Assembly: GCF_009914755.1 (NCBI RefSeq)
Contig: NC_060925.1
DNA from: the human T2T-CHM13v2.0 reference genome, Homo sapiens
Length of the DNA: 64,000 nt
Strand: one strand, 5' to 3'
Shown here piece after piece: positions 25,556-39,428 of the stretch; position 1 is the first letter of the stretch, and the number at the start of each line of letters is the position of its first letter. The notes beneath the pieces were generated by a model. The model searched no databases, was not told the DNA's origin, and was given only the letters and a program-made list of their open reading frames with translations. A program made the translations under genes and the position numbers.

Positions 25556-27597
25556 GAGCAGCTCTGCAGCAGGAAGTCAAGATGATTGGGAGATGGGGTC
25601 TCATTCTAGGGTTTGAGCTGTCTACTTGGAGGGAGGAACGCTGTGGCTTGGATGATCCCAAACAGTGGGGAATCCGAAAGTCAATTATATCTGGATTTGA
25701 AGGAATTACATGATTATATTTGCTGCAGGTCGGCCTTCCTAATTATGATTAATTAAGCTAATGCTGGGCTCAGTTTGCCCTCCGAGGGCTACCAGGTGAC
25801 GCCAGATGTGGGAATCGCTCCCCAGCTGACAGAGCCCAGTTGTGGTGGGTTTTCCAAGCAGCCTAGGACCCAAACTGCCTGCATGGGGGTGGGGGGTTGG
25901 GGGGGCAGCTCCCTCTGTTGCTGGGGGAAAGGGGCCTGGCTGGCTCTTCTCTTCTCCTCTGCCATGAAATGGCTGCTTTAGCTGCCTCCAGGTGACCGGG
26001 CCATCAGCCCAGTGCCCAAGGTGCCCAGTCTTGCAAGGTGCCAAGTCAGATGTTCAGTTCTGGAGCTCAGGCCTCTGAACCACGAAATTGCATTTGCTAG
26101 CTGCAAATGAACTGCTGTCCCACGGGGCCCTTCCTGAGCCCTGCAAGGATAACAGCAGCACAGTTACCCACTTAGAAGCTCCCTTTGGAGGCAGGCACTC
26201 TGTGTACCTTAGCGGGTGCCTGCCCACGTGCGGCCTCTGCCGGGGAAGTGGCATCTGATTTCCTCGCGTCAGCTGTGCACCCGGCATCTGGGGAGAGGAG
26301 GCAGCCGAGCACGGGAAACTTCCCATGCTGTTCTCCTTGGCGGGCAGGGAATAGAACTGGTCTGTCCATAGACATCACGGAGAGGTTGTCTGTTGGTGGG
26401 GGCTGGAGAGATGCCCGAGGGCTCCCAAGGTGATGTCTGGGCCATCGGGGGTGGGAGGTGACCTGGCGTCACCTCCTGTCCGGTGGGAACGCTGGCTTCA
26501 GGCTGGATTCTGGTTTACACCTTTCCTTTTGGTGAATGCCAGGGCATGTTCCAGAACAGCTGTTTGCAGGGCCTCACCTGGGGGCCACAGTGGTGTGTCC
26601 ACATGACCCCTGAGCTCCTCACTGTGCACTTCCGACTTTTCCAGAGAAAGGGAAGGAAACTGTCCCCCCCGTACTCCCCCACTCCCCTCCCCATGGCAGG
26701 GATCTGAGTGGCCTCTGAGTGGCTGCCAGCTCCTCCAGGCCTGCAGTCAAGGCAGAGAACAGTGTCTCCAATGACTGCCAGAAGTCAGTGGCCAAATGGT
26801 GATGGTTCTGAGCAGTAATGAATTAACACATTGCTCCAATTTCTCTGTCAGTTTCTTATGTTCTGGGCCAGTCTCCACGGACAGAGGTGAGACGCCCCAC
26901 CACACCTTCCTGTCTCTCTCAGCCAAATTGTCCCTTTGATGCTGGGCCAGGGCTTAATATACAGTCAAGGGACTGGAGCAGAAATTTCTGCTCAATGATT
27001 TGTGCTGTGATCACACAGAGGTGGCCCCTGTGTACCGATGGCTTCCCGAGTGTCTCGGGTATCAGCTGAAGCAGCTCGGAGCCTCGGGCCCAGCCTGGCA
27101 TGGGTCTTGCCCTGGGAGCCCCTGGCTGTGCTGGGAACAGGGGATCCTCCTTCCCTTGGTACATTCATCTCACATCAAGGAATTTCCAGCTCCCTTGCTT
27201 GAAAATCAATTACTGAACTAAATTGCTCATGGACGCACTAGCATATCATAATTGTGCCACGCTGGGCCCGTGGTTATCCCATGGAGTTTGGGCCAAATTA
27301 TGAATTACATCAGCTCCTCAGAGGGGCTTCGCTTCTAATCAGGCCTTGGTCAGACAAACTTCTTCCAGAAAGGGTGCGTGGGAGTAGCTCTTGGGCAACT
27401 GACCAGGACGGATGCTGGACAGTGGCCTCTACTGAGTGGGGGTGTCCGTGGGGACCCCAGAGGCCGGGGGGCAGGCAGAGCATGTGAGTGTCCCATCTGG
27501 GCCACTGCAGCTGCGGCTGGCTCATGGGTGCCCTGACAGATGCCCTGGTCACAGGTCAGGATCTTGGCAGAGCCTCAAGGCAGGAGTTAGTTCTCCA

Positions 27598-28125
27598 GGA
27601 GGAGGAAAGGGAGGAAAGGAGGAAATCAGAAAAAAGGAAGAGGGATGAGGAGAGAGAGGGAAATAGGGTAGGGGAGAGAGAGAAAAAGAGAGAGGAAGAT
27701 GGAGAGGGGGGAGAAGGAGAGAGGGAAAGAGAGGGGGAAGGAGGGGGAGAAAGAGGGAGGAAGGGGAGAGGGAGAGAAATAGGGGAGAGAGGGAGGAGAG
27801 AGAGGGAGGTGGAGGAGAAGGAGAGCAGGAGAGAGGGGGAGAAGGGGAAAGAAACAGAGAGAGGGAGAAGGAGAGAGAGGGAAAGAGGGAGAAGGAAGGG
27901 GGAGAAAGAGGGAGAAGCGGGGAGAGAAGAGAGGGAGAGAAATAGGGGAGAGAGGGAGATGGGGGAGAAGGAGAGAGCAGGAGAGATGGGGGAAAGAGGG
28001 AAACAGAGAGAGAGGGAAGAGAGGGAGAGAGCGACGAGGAGAGAGCAAGAGAGAGAGAGGAAGCAAGTGAGGGAGAGAGAGACAGAAACAGAGTTAGAAA
28101 GAGAGACAGAGGGCGCGAGAGCAGG
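27598..28125. repeat. GA-rich low-complexity tract (~520 bp)
   Basis: Almost pure purine strand; gives a spurious E/R/G-rich ORF. Confidence 0.9.
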
Positions 28126-28243
28126 AGAGACGTGGGTGCATGGGTGGGGGTGGGTGGGGCTCTCTCAGGTCGGCAACCCTCCTCTGCAGAGAGACTGACT
28201 GAAAAATTACCCAGGAAAGTAGGCCAATGAGAAGGCTTTTAAA

Positions 28244-28553
28244 ATTTTACTTTATTTTATTTATTCACTTTTGAGACAGGGTCTCGCTCTGTTGCTCAGG
28301 CTGGAGTGCAGTGGTGTGTGCAGAGGCTCACTGCAGCCTTGACCTTTCTGGACTCAAGCAATTCTCCCACCTCAGCCTCCCAAGTAGCTGGGATTACAGG
28401 TGTGCACCACCACACCCAGCTAATGGTTGTATTTTTTGCAGAGACAGGGTTCACCATGTTGCCCAGGAGGCTCTCAAACTCCTGGGCTCAAGCGATCCAC
28501 CTGCCTCGGCCCCCAAAGTGCTGGGATTACAGGTGTGAGCCACTGCGCCTGGC
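28244..28553 (-). mobile_element. AluJ
   Basis: gagacagggtctc...cactgcagccttgacc...ctcctgggctcaagcgatcc J-type diagnostics. Confidence 0.9.
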
Positions 28554-28645
28554 TCCTCCCCTTATTTTTAAAGTCAGGAAGTCAATATAGAGGGCTCTTG
28601 AAAATCACAAAGAAAAAAGAAAAATACATTTTATTGATTCCCTGA

Positions 28646-28977
<332 letters not shown>

Positions 28978-29954
28978 TCCTCTGGAATCTTCACTGAGCA
29001 CCTGCCATGGTGGGGACTGTTGCCAGCACTGGGTATGAGACCTCCTGGGAGCCCTCAGCTGGGCAGGAGCCTGGGGGATCAGAAAGGATCGAGGTTTGGA
29101 ATGGAGCGCCGCAGCTGGTGCCTGGGCGGGGAAGAACACCTCACTGGACAGGTCGGGACAGTGTCTCCCAAACTGCAGATGAGAGGCAGGCAGCCCTGTA
29201 ATGGGGTGGGGAAAAGTGTTCCAGACAGGGGAACAGCACGTGCGGGGACCCTGAGAGCTTAGACACGCAGGGATGGTGCCCAAACCCAGACTCTGAAATG
29301 GCCAGCGAGGCTGCAGAGAAGGGTCAAGCTCAAGTCAAGAGAAACTCACAGTGAGAAGTTGAGCCCGGAGGCTGCTATTCATTAAATTGGCAGTGAACAA
29401 ACAATGTCACAGACATATTACCAGGGTGCTGGGGAGCAGGGAGTTCCGCAGACGGCAGGTGGGGTGAACATGGTGCAATTTCCCCTGCAGCTGGTGAGCA
29501 GCAGGCATCAAAAGCTACCTGGCATCCTCACTCTGGACCCAGCGCCTCTACCGCCAGTAATGTTCATTCTGAGAAATCCTCAGGGATGTGCATGGCAACT
29601 CGAGGGTGCTCCCTGCAGCATTGGAAACTGCGGCCAGTCACCTTGTCACCTTGTTTCAGTGAATGGCAGTATTTTTATCGGGAGACATGGTGAAATGTTT
29701 GTCCTATTTTCAGAATATATTAAGTGAATGAGTAGGTTATGGTATAACCGAGTTCAATAGGATCCCAGTTTTTTATTTTATTTTATTTTATTTTTTAAAA
29801 ACGTGCATTTTCTCCTAGGACCAAAAGCTGGGAGGATAAACAGCAACACCCCAACAGTGGGTATTACCACCCAGTGGTGGTAAAATTATGGGAAATTTGA
29901 ATTTTCCTCTGGTTTCTTTCGGTGTCACTTTGGTGATTAAAAAAAAAAAAAATC

Positions 29955-30259
29955 AGCCAGGCACGGTGGCTCATGCCTGTAATCCCAGCACTTTAAGAGG
30001 CTGAGGCGGGTAGATCACGAGGTCAGGAGATCAAGGCCATCCTGGCTAACACGATGAAACCCCATCTCTACTAAAAATACAAAAAATTAGCCGGGCGTGG
30101 TGGCGGGAGCCTGTAATCCCAGCTATTCGGAGGAGGCTGAGGCAGGAAAATGGCGTGAACCCAGGAGGCGGAGCTTGCAGTGAGCGGAGATCCTGCCACT
30201 GCACTCCAGCCTGGGCGACAGTGCAAGACTCCGTATCAAAAAAAAAAAAAAAAAAAAAA
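29955..30259 (+). mobile_element. AluY
   Basis: gatcacgaggtcaggagatc, ggctaacacg, atggcgtgaaccc, gagcttgcag. Confidence 0.95.
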
Positions 30260-30261
30260 TT

Positions 30262-30629
<368 letters not shown>

Positions 30630-30639
30630 TCATCTCTTC

Positions 30640-31460
30640 CCGATGACTATTTAATCCCTGCCCTCCAACCCCAACTCAAGACCTCTCAAGTTCGTTTCCC
30701 ATGTGGTTGCTGGCCTCATCTTTTTAACACACAGTGTGAAAATGGCCTACGCCACAAACACTGCTGCTCACTTCCCGCTACCCTCAGGGGCACCCCCACT
30801 CTGCAGAACCTGGTATTCAGTGCCTGTCACTACCCTACCTCCTTTTCAGCTGTTTTCTGGCAGATTCTCTATGATCCAGTCCCCAGGCTCAGCCCCCCTA
30901 AAGACCTCTTGCTCTTTTATGCGCCTCCATTTTTGTCCATTCTGCCTCCTCTTCCTGGAATGTTAAGCTTCATATCTTTCTTCTTGGGAACACCTACTCA
31001 TCCTTCAAAACCCTTTTCAAATGCCCCCACTGTAAGAATATCCTTTCTGGTTTAAGCCCTAGGGCTCTCAGGATGTAGTCCCAAATTCTTTGCATGATTC
31101 CCCCATCCTCATCTCTCACCCTCCTGCCCCTTCCTTGTCAGCCCCCACCCAGCTCTGTTCCACACGCTGAACTTCTCTGGCAGGTGCCCAGCGCACCATG
31201 CCTCATGTACAGGCTGTTCCTCCCTGCCTGGAGTCCTCCTCTCTCCCCACCCCGTGGACTCCCCAGGCACCTCCTTGCCTGCCTAACTCCTACCCTTCAG
31301 TTTTAGCCTAAGGATCCTGCCCCTGGGAAGCCTCCCCTGAATCCCCGCTTGGCTTAAGGGTCTCTCGCCTGGTTCCTGCAACCACCCCCATCCTGCTGTG
31401 TTCACCATGTGGGACCACAGCTTTCTGTTGACTTGTCTGTTCCTCCACCAGAGTCCAGGT
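30640..31460 (+). mobile_element. Degraded L2 fragments
   Basis: cctcttcctggaatg...cctactcatccttcaaaacc; ctgttcctccctgcctggag...cctgggaagcctcccctga. Confidence 0.5.
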
Positions 31461-32226
31461 GAGCTCTGAGGGTCACGGCTGTCTTTGGATGGGGACGGAC
31501 AGGATGAGGATGACGAAGACTTGCTTGCATGGCCCAGCCTCCCTCTGAACCCCTGAAGGCATCTGTACTGGCCCCCTGTCTCTCTTCCTGCAGCCCACTG
31601 AGGCACTGATGGTTCTCTCTCCCACTGGACAGAGCTTGCCCACAGTCAGGGACCCACCTGATTTGACTTCACCCAGGAGATGAGATGGAAAGTCCACACC
31701 CAGCTTGAAATCAGTTCAGACACCCGGGTGCCTGCCACCAGAAGCTCCCAGTTCATGAAAGGCTGCAGGGATGGTGCCCGCAGCAAGGCTGCACACCCCT
31801 GGCTTCCTAGCCAGGCACAGGAGGGGACAAGGTGCAGAGGGAAGGAGGGGCACTGAATCTCCAGGCTGCGGTGTGGACGGGGCCTGTTGGGAGGGCGCAG
31901 CAGCCACAGCCCTGGGGGCAGGTGTTTCAGTGAGTGCAGCCTGCCATCCCCCATGCCTGTCTGGCCTGAAAGTGCACCCAGAGCTGGGGTTGATCCAGAG
32001 CTCCTCACTTGCAAAAGGACTTTTTTTTTTTTTTCCAGCAGGACCTGGAGACTCAGGGATGGGATGATGCCCTTGGAAGCCATGAATATGCACCTTGGAA
32101 TATCTGGAAGATCCAGGAAGATCCCAGCTGAGCCCTCTGCCAGTGTTTGCTGGGGAAGGAGCCTGGGTTTGCAGTCTCTTGGCCCCAGCTGCTGTTGGTC
32201 TTGCTCTGTGGCCTTGGGCAAAATGA

Positions 32227-32613
<387 letters not shown>

Positions 32614-33792
32614 GTTCTCTCTCGACTTTCAACACCACTCCAATCCCAGCCTGAGGAAAGGCAGGGCTGACAAGTGCGGCGGGGCCATGTGCTCAGCAGG
32701 CTTTCAGCTCACCCCGGCAGTGCACGATGGTGCCTTGCTCACTCAAATAATTCAAAGATGAAGCCAGTTGGAAGTAATTGTTTAGATTAAACTCCATTAC
32801 CCTTAATAAATAATTGACCTGTCAGATGTACGGCACTTACAAAGGAGCCTGCTCTTCTGCTCAGAATGAATGTGCTCGGAACCAAGGTTTACCATGCGGT
32901 TCCAGGCAGCTTCCCCACACCACTAATTACATTCAGACAGATGAGGCTTCCTGGAGGCGGGATGTGTGCTTGCAGGTGGAGCTGACCTCATCTGGCTGTT
33001 GTTTCTGAGCAGGTTCGAGTGGCAGAAGGGAGAGGCTTCCCTGGGGGTTGTGGCCAAAAGACCTTCCCCAGGAGCAGGGAGTCCCTTCCCCGTCATCACA
33101 CAGGCTGCAGGAGCTCTTGGTTCAGCTGCCAGTTGTCTGTGACTCAGAGGGCAGAGGGTAGAGGTGAAGGGCTCAACACCCCCCAGCTCACCCTCTCCAT
33201 GCCCGATGAGCTCTCTGTGCTCTTATAACTCATTGATGCTGGACAGCTGCCCAGACACACTCAGATACTGAAGCTGTCCCGTGGGCTTCCTTAGCGGAGG
33301 TGGGATTTGGCTTGTAGGTGACCTGTGCCGGGAGCCTGCCCTGAGAGTGAGGTGAGCTGTCTAGAGTCATAGTGCCCACCATGGCCTTGATGGCAGGTGG
33401 CCTCCCACCCAGTGCCACTACTGGCCTGCTGTCTGCCTCACCAGGCCCAGGTCATCACCAGTGACTCGGCCTGGTGGCTGGGATGGTTCAGGGAGGGAAG
33501 TGGCACCGTGTGTATGAGGCACAGAGCAAAGGTTCGGTGAGAAAGTGGAGGCTGACCCAAGCCTCTCCCCAACCCGTGGAGGTAGCGTCTCAGAAATGGC
33601 TGCTGGCAACTGCCGTGCCCTCGGCCAGGCTAGAGAAGCCGGCTGGCTGGACCCTAGCTTCTGTGGGTAACTCCCTTGGAGCCATGGGGGAATCGTTCCA
33701 GGTCCCGACCCAGAGTTTGGTGGAGCCGGTGGTCAGCCCTGCCTCCTGTTTCTCTCCCTGTCCCCCACTGTGTGTAAACAGCACCCATGGCA

Positions 33793-34505
33793 GGTGTGGT
33801 CTGCATGTCTGTGTCCCCCCAAAACTCATAGGTTGAAATCCTAACCCCCAGGGTGATGGGATTAGGAGGCGGGGCCTTTGGGGAGTGATGAGGCCGTAGG
33901 GATGGAGCCTCATGAATGGAATGAGAGCCCTTATAAGAAGAGGGGCTAGAGCGCTGCCTGGCCCCTTCCACCAGTGAGGACACAGTGAGAAGGCACCGTC
34001 TGCAAGTCAGGATGGGAGTGACATGGTTTGGCTCTGTGTCTCCACCCAAATCTCGTCTCAAATTGTCATCCCCATGTGTCGAGGAAGGGGCCTGGTGGAA
34101 GGTGATTGGATCATGGGGGTGGTTCCCCCATGCTGTTCTCATGATAGCGAGTGAGTTCTCAGGAGATCTGATTGTTTAAAAGTGTGGCACTTCCCCCTTT
34201 GCTCTCTCTCTCCTGCCGCCATGTGAGACATGCCTTGCTTCCCCTTCCCCTTCCACCATGATTGTAAGTTTCCTGAGGCCTCTCTAGGCATGCAGAACCG
34301 TGAGTCAATTAAACTTCTTTCCTTTATAAATTACCCTATCTTTATAGCAGTGTGAGAATGGACTAATACAGGGGCCCCTCCCTAGGAGCTGAATCTGCCG
34401 GCACCTTGATCTTGGACTTCCAGCCTCCAGACTGTGGAAATAAGCGTCCGTTGTTTGCAAGCCTCCCCGTCTGTGGTGTTCCTCCATAGCAGCTCGAATG
34501 TACTG
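33793..34505 (+). mobile_element. MLT1A0-like LTR split by THE1D
   Basis: gtccccccaaaactcataggttgaaatcctaaccccc...; resumes after 34370 with gccggcaccttgatcttggacttccagcctccaga. Confidence 0.85.
34019..34370 (+). mobile_element. THE1D-like MaLR solo LTR
   Basis: tgacatggtttggctctgtgtctccacccaaatctc ... ggactaataca termini. Confidence 0.88.
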
Positions 34506-37500
34506 AAAGGGCAGGGGTGGTGAGGGCTCGTTTTGCCTCCGAGGATCAGGACAGGCCAAGACTGTCCCATGGCCCTACCAGGCAGGACGTCTCTCTCTTC
34601 CCTGCGTCCGGACCCACAGGCCTGTCAGCCCTGGTGCATGCACTGGGGGCACAGAGATCTCTTCAGGAGGGGACACCCCATGTTCCTGGGAAAGCAGAAG
34701 GAGGCACCTGCATCTTGCTGGGCAAACATTGTGCTCAGAGATTTGCTTGTCAGAAACACTTTAGGTTAGTACCTGTCAGTGCTTTAGGGGCTGATGGTGA
34801 TTTGCATATGTAGATGAGACAGTGCCATACTAAGTAATTTCACATACATCACTTCATTTGAATTTCACGACTCCTTGCCATGAGAACAACAATGATTATT
34901 TAGAAATTAGAGTATTTAATAACAGCAGCAATGAGATGACAATGACAATGATGGTGATGATGTGTGTCATGATGAACTGCGTGGAAGCCCTGTGCCAGGG
35001 GCACTATCGTCTGCACCTTGGAGGCGAAGTGACCGAAGGCAGTAGAGGAGAGGGCCTGCCCAAGGCCTCAGGGCCCAGGGCTGCCTTCCCACTGTCTTCA
35101 TGGTGCAGGGGGAGCCCTCATCCATCCTTACCATGACTGGCATACTGTAAAGTTAGGGCACCCCTGGACCCTGACAGCCCAGCCCTGTAGGGGCTGCCCT
35201 CACCGGCTCCCCTCCTACCAGGACAGGTGCACTGGGCAGGGAGGCACTCATTCCTACCTTCCACCAGCAGAAACAAACAAAGCAGCGGGTGAATGATCTG
35301 TGGCCCACTCCGCATAAATCAGGTGCATAATGTAGCTGCCCGGGCTTCTATACTGCAACATTCGCAAGGCAATTAGCTTGAAAACTGAATTGATGTACAT
35401 TGATTTTTTTAATAAAGTTATTGTAATATATTCACTCGTTAGAATCTGGAGCTGAAAATAGACATTTTGTTTCTGATGACAGGCCCGTCCCTATAAATCA
35501 CTGGGGATGGTAGAAACAACTCCTCATTCCACATCATCATTTCCTATTAGAACTGACATGTCCATCTCGGGCGATTTTTCATCTCCTATGTGAGGGATGG
35601 ACACATTCCAGGCCCCTTGAGGCTTTTCTGAAGAAGACGAGGCTGTGGGTGATCGGCCTGGGAGGTAGGGCCTGGAGATGGGGAAGCTGTCGGTGGTCAC
35701 AGCCAGTCCCTCATGGCTCCTGGGGCCAAACTGTTGGGTTCCATACCCTGGGCGGGGTCAGAGCACAGTCAAGATGGGAGGAGGGAAAGGTGATGTTCTG
35801 AGGCCCCCATGGAGTGGGAACACCCAGACATGTGTCTCGATCCCAGAACCACAGATGCTGGAAAAGTGAGAGAGCTCCCAAACTAGCTAGACGCTGCAGC
35901 CTGGAGGGCCCCGGTAGCCTCCCAGGAGAGCATCGTTGATCCGCTCTGCTCTGCCTTCAGGCAACCCTGCTGGGTGGAAATGCCTTCCACATGTCGAGCT
36001 ACAGTTGGGTGTCCCTTTCTGCTTTTCAGTGGTGATCAGGGGAGGCCAAAGATTCTTCTAGAATCACCCACTTGGTGCCAAGCCCACATGGGTATCCTCC
36101 TGCTCCAGCCTGTTTTATAGAGAGCCCTTGGGGTTTCTGTGGAAGCTCGGGCTTCTCCAGCAAGTCCGAGGCTCCAGGCAGGTGACTGTTCTGTCCTGGG
36201 GTGGAACTGCCACCACCTTCCTGGACAGTGGAGGGACTCGCCGAGAAGGTGTGGTTCTGAATTTGGGGGCACCCAGCAAGTTCCCGTGTGTCCCGCCCAC
36301 GCGGCAGTTGGGCCTGACTGACCTCTCTGAGGGAACATGGTGGCCAGTGGGGAGGAAAGTTCTGGACTAAGGAACCCAACACCCGCCAGGGTCCTCCCCC
36401 CGAAGCTTCAGAGATTCGGTGCTGCAGAACGGAGCACAAAGCCAGTCCGTGAGCGCTCACCCGTGGAGACACACCGAGGTCATCAGACATCCCCAAGGGG
36501 TTGTTGTCCCCAACTAAGAACCCATTTGACAGGTGTGTGGCCTGGCTCAGTTTCCCCAGATGCAGCGCTAGTGGTGAAGTTTTGCCAAACAAAATTCGTT
36601 AAACTTCACTTTCAGGGTGTACTGGGGGTGGGCGTGGAGGGAGGAGGAGGAGGGCGGGTTGTGGTCCCCGTGTCTGTGCGCCTTGGCTCATTGCTCCCCA
36701 ACACTGACAGCCCCTCACCCCATTGTCGGATCTGTCCAGGGCTTCTAAGCCGGGGAGCACCCCTCACCTTCATGTCGGGACTCATGCCGCGCACCTGTGG
36801 ACCCCTTCTTGGCCTCCAGGCCCCTCCCACATGTGGTTGTGGGTGGTGAGAAGGGGCCTCTGGCTGCAGTTGTGGTTCGGGGCCTCTCTTCCCCGGATGG
36901 CTCTGTTCCGGGGCAGTCACCACCTTGCTCTGGTTAGAGGCTGGATGGGAAGAAGGGCTGGTGGGGCTGAGGGGAGGCTGGCCCTGTCTTTTTGCCTCAG
37001 AGCTGGGCAGCAACTCCCACATGAGTATTTAGGGGAAATGCTGGTCCCTTGCAGAGAAGCACTCAGCACTCAGGGCTGGTTTCTGGACTCATGGGCCCTG
37101 GGGAGGGGCCAGGGGCCTGGTGACGGAGCCAAGCAGCTCCTGGAGACCTAGAAATGTCCCTGGGGAAGTGTCAAGTGGGCCGGGAGCTCAGGTGGTCTCG
37201 TGTCTAGGATGGGGACCTGCCTTGCAGCTGTGTGGATGTGGGGGTTCAGGGTGCCCCACCCTTCTAAACCTCTCAGGTTCAAGTGCATCGTCAGGCATGT
37301 GGTAACAGCTCCGATGCTGAGCAGCTGCCCTCGCCAAGTCTCCCTTCCTGCAGTTTGAGATGACAGCAATGCCCCGGGAGAGACCCCGTCCTCAGCACCA
37401 GGGCTGTCCATGCTCAGGGAGCCTGGGGCCTGCTAACAGGGCCACCAAGTCCCCACCCTTGTGAAGACCCCGACCCTAGCGGAACGGGACCTGCGCTAAC

Positions 37501-37582
37501 ACCCAGGCAGCCCACGCTACCTGCCGCTCAGCTCTGGAGCCTCTCACGTCACAGACTTGGCAGCTGAACAACATGAAAACAA

Positions 37583-38097
37583 TGCTATAAAGACACATGC
37601 ACACGTGTGTTTATTGCGGCACTCTTCACAATAGCAGAGACTTGGAACCAACCCAAATGTCCAACAACGATAGACTGGATTAAGAAAATGTGGCACATAT
37701 ACACCATGGAATACTATGCAGCCATAAAAAATGATGAGTTCATGTCCTTTGTAGGGACATGGATGAAACTGGAAATCATCATTCTCAGTAACTATCGCAA
37801 GGACAAAAAACCAAACACCGCATGTTCTCACTCATAGGTGGGAATTGAACAATGAGATCACATGGACACAGGAAGGGGAACATCACACTCTGGGGACTGT
37901 GGTGGGGTGGGTGGAGCGGGGAGGGATAGCATTGGGAGATATACCTAACGCTAGATGACGAGTTAGTGGGTGCAGCGCACCAGCGTGGCACATGTATACA
38001 TATGTAACTAACCTGCATATTGTGCACATGTACCCTAAAACTTAAAGTATAATAATAAAAAAAAAAGAAGTAAACTAAAAAAAAAAAAAAAATAAAA
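37583..38097 (+). mobile_element. Young 5'-truncated L1 (L1PA2/L1PA3-like), 3' ~480 bp plus tail
   Basis: ORF2 C-terminus (IKNDEFMSFVGTWMKLE); 3'UTR gctagatgacGAGttagtggg carries GAG rather than the L1Hs ACA/ACG. Confidence 0.93.
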
Positions 38098-38947
38098 GCC
38101 AGCGCCTGCCGGGTAGAGAAGGGAAGGGTGAAATCAGAGATGGGGATGGGCGCTCCAGCACCCTCGGACCACGGCCAGGCCCTGCAAGCCATCCCTTCCT
38201 CTCTCTCCTGTTTCCCTTTCAGATCAAAGCCCTTCCCGGGAGAGAGAATTAGCCAAAGAGGAAGGTTGAAAAAGGAAAGGGGGAGGCGGGAGAGGGGTGG
38301 AGGCTTAGCACCTTTCGAGCACAGAGGCTGCTGGCGAAGGGGGAGAGGGTGTCCTTAAGAAGTGGCCAGAGGTGGGGCTGCCGTGGGGCAGGATTCGCTC
38401 TCTCTCCTTCCAGGTCTCCATGCCCCTCTCGCAGGCCTGCGGCTCACAGTGATGTTAAGAGCAAAAAAACCTGTTGAGCCTCCCGGCCGGTATGGACAGG
38501 GTTTGAAGGAAGAGGGAACTCTTGAACCTGACGCTGCTGCTGATTGACCTGAGAGGGAGCTGAGTTTTCCAGGAAAAAGGAGGCGAGATGGGCAGGGTCG
38601 GAGTAAGTCCAGTTAAGGAACCCAAAGGAGGCTCTGGGCTTGGCCTGCAGAAGGATTGGCCGTAAGTGCGAGCAGGAGTTGGGGGGCATCGGGGCAGACC
38701 CCAAGGTTGCTGGTGGTCCTGACACTCCCGTCTGTTTCCACGAAGACCCTTGGACTTGCTGGGAGAGTCCCAGGGAGAGTCGAACTCCCAGCGCTCTAGG
38801 ACACAGGCCCTCCTGAAACCACACCTAAACCTAAACTCTGGCTTTGGACCGAGGTCAGGGGAGCAGCTGGGCCCAGCAGGCGACATCTTCCAGCCTTTGG
38901 GACATGCAGGCTTTTGCCAACATATTGGACTTTGTGTGCCTCCTCAC

Positions 38948-39428
38948 GGTGGTGAGTGGAATCACGGCCTCCAAAGATGTCCCCATCCAAGTTCCAGGGC
39001 CTGGGCATATGTGGCCTTCCATGGCAAAGGGGCCGAGCAGATGTGCGCAAGGACCCTGAGATGGGAGAGCGTGCTGGGCCACCCGGTGGGCCTGGTGCAA
39101 TCCCACGAGCCCTTAAGGGCAGAGAACCCTTCCCAGCGTGGTCAGCAGAGGAGGCATGGTAGGGGGCAGAGGCTGGGCGTGAACGTTGCAGGTGGAGGAG
39201 GGGCCACCAGCTCAGGAACACAGGCGGCCTCTAGAAGCTGGAGGAGGCAGGGACGTGGATTGTCCCCTGGAGCCTCCGGAAGGAACACAGCCCTGCAGAC
39301 CCGCTGACTTCAGCCTTTAAGACTCTTCTCAAACTTCTGCCCTCCCTGACTGTAGGATAGTACCTGTGTGTTGTTTGAAACCACTATGTTTGTGATAATT
39401 TCCTACAGCAGCCACTGGGAACAGCCAC
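38948..39428 (+). mobile_element. MLT1D/E-like LTR, GC-shifted
   Basis: ccaaagatgtcc...catggcaaagggg...ggcctctagaagctgga...cctggagcctccggaaggaacacagccctgc...gtttgtgataatttcctacagcagc. Confidence 0.8.

Noticed and set aside
27488-28198. 236-aa Glu/Arg/Gly-rich ORF
   Set aside because: Translation of a GA low-complexity tract
37390-37412. REST/NRSE-like tcagcaccagggctgtcc
   Set aside because: The right half-site is inverted; not a canonical RE1
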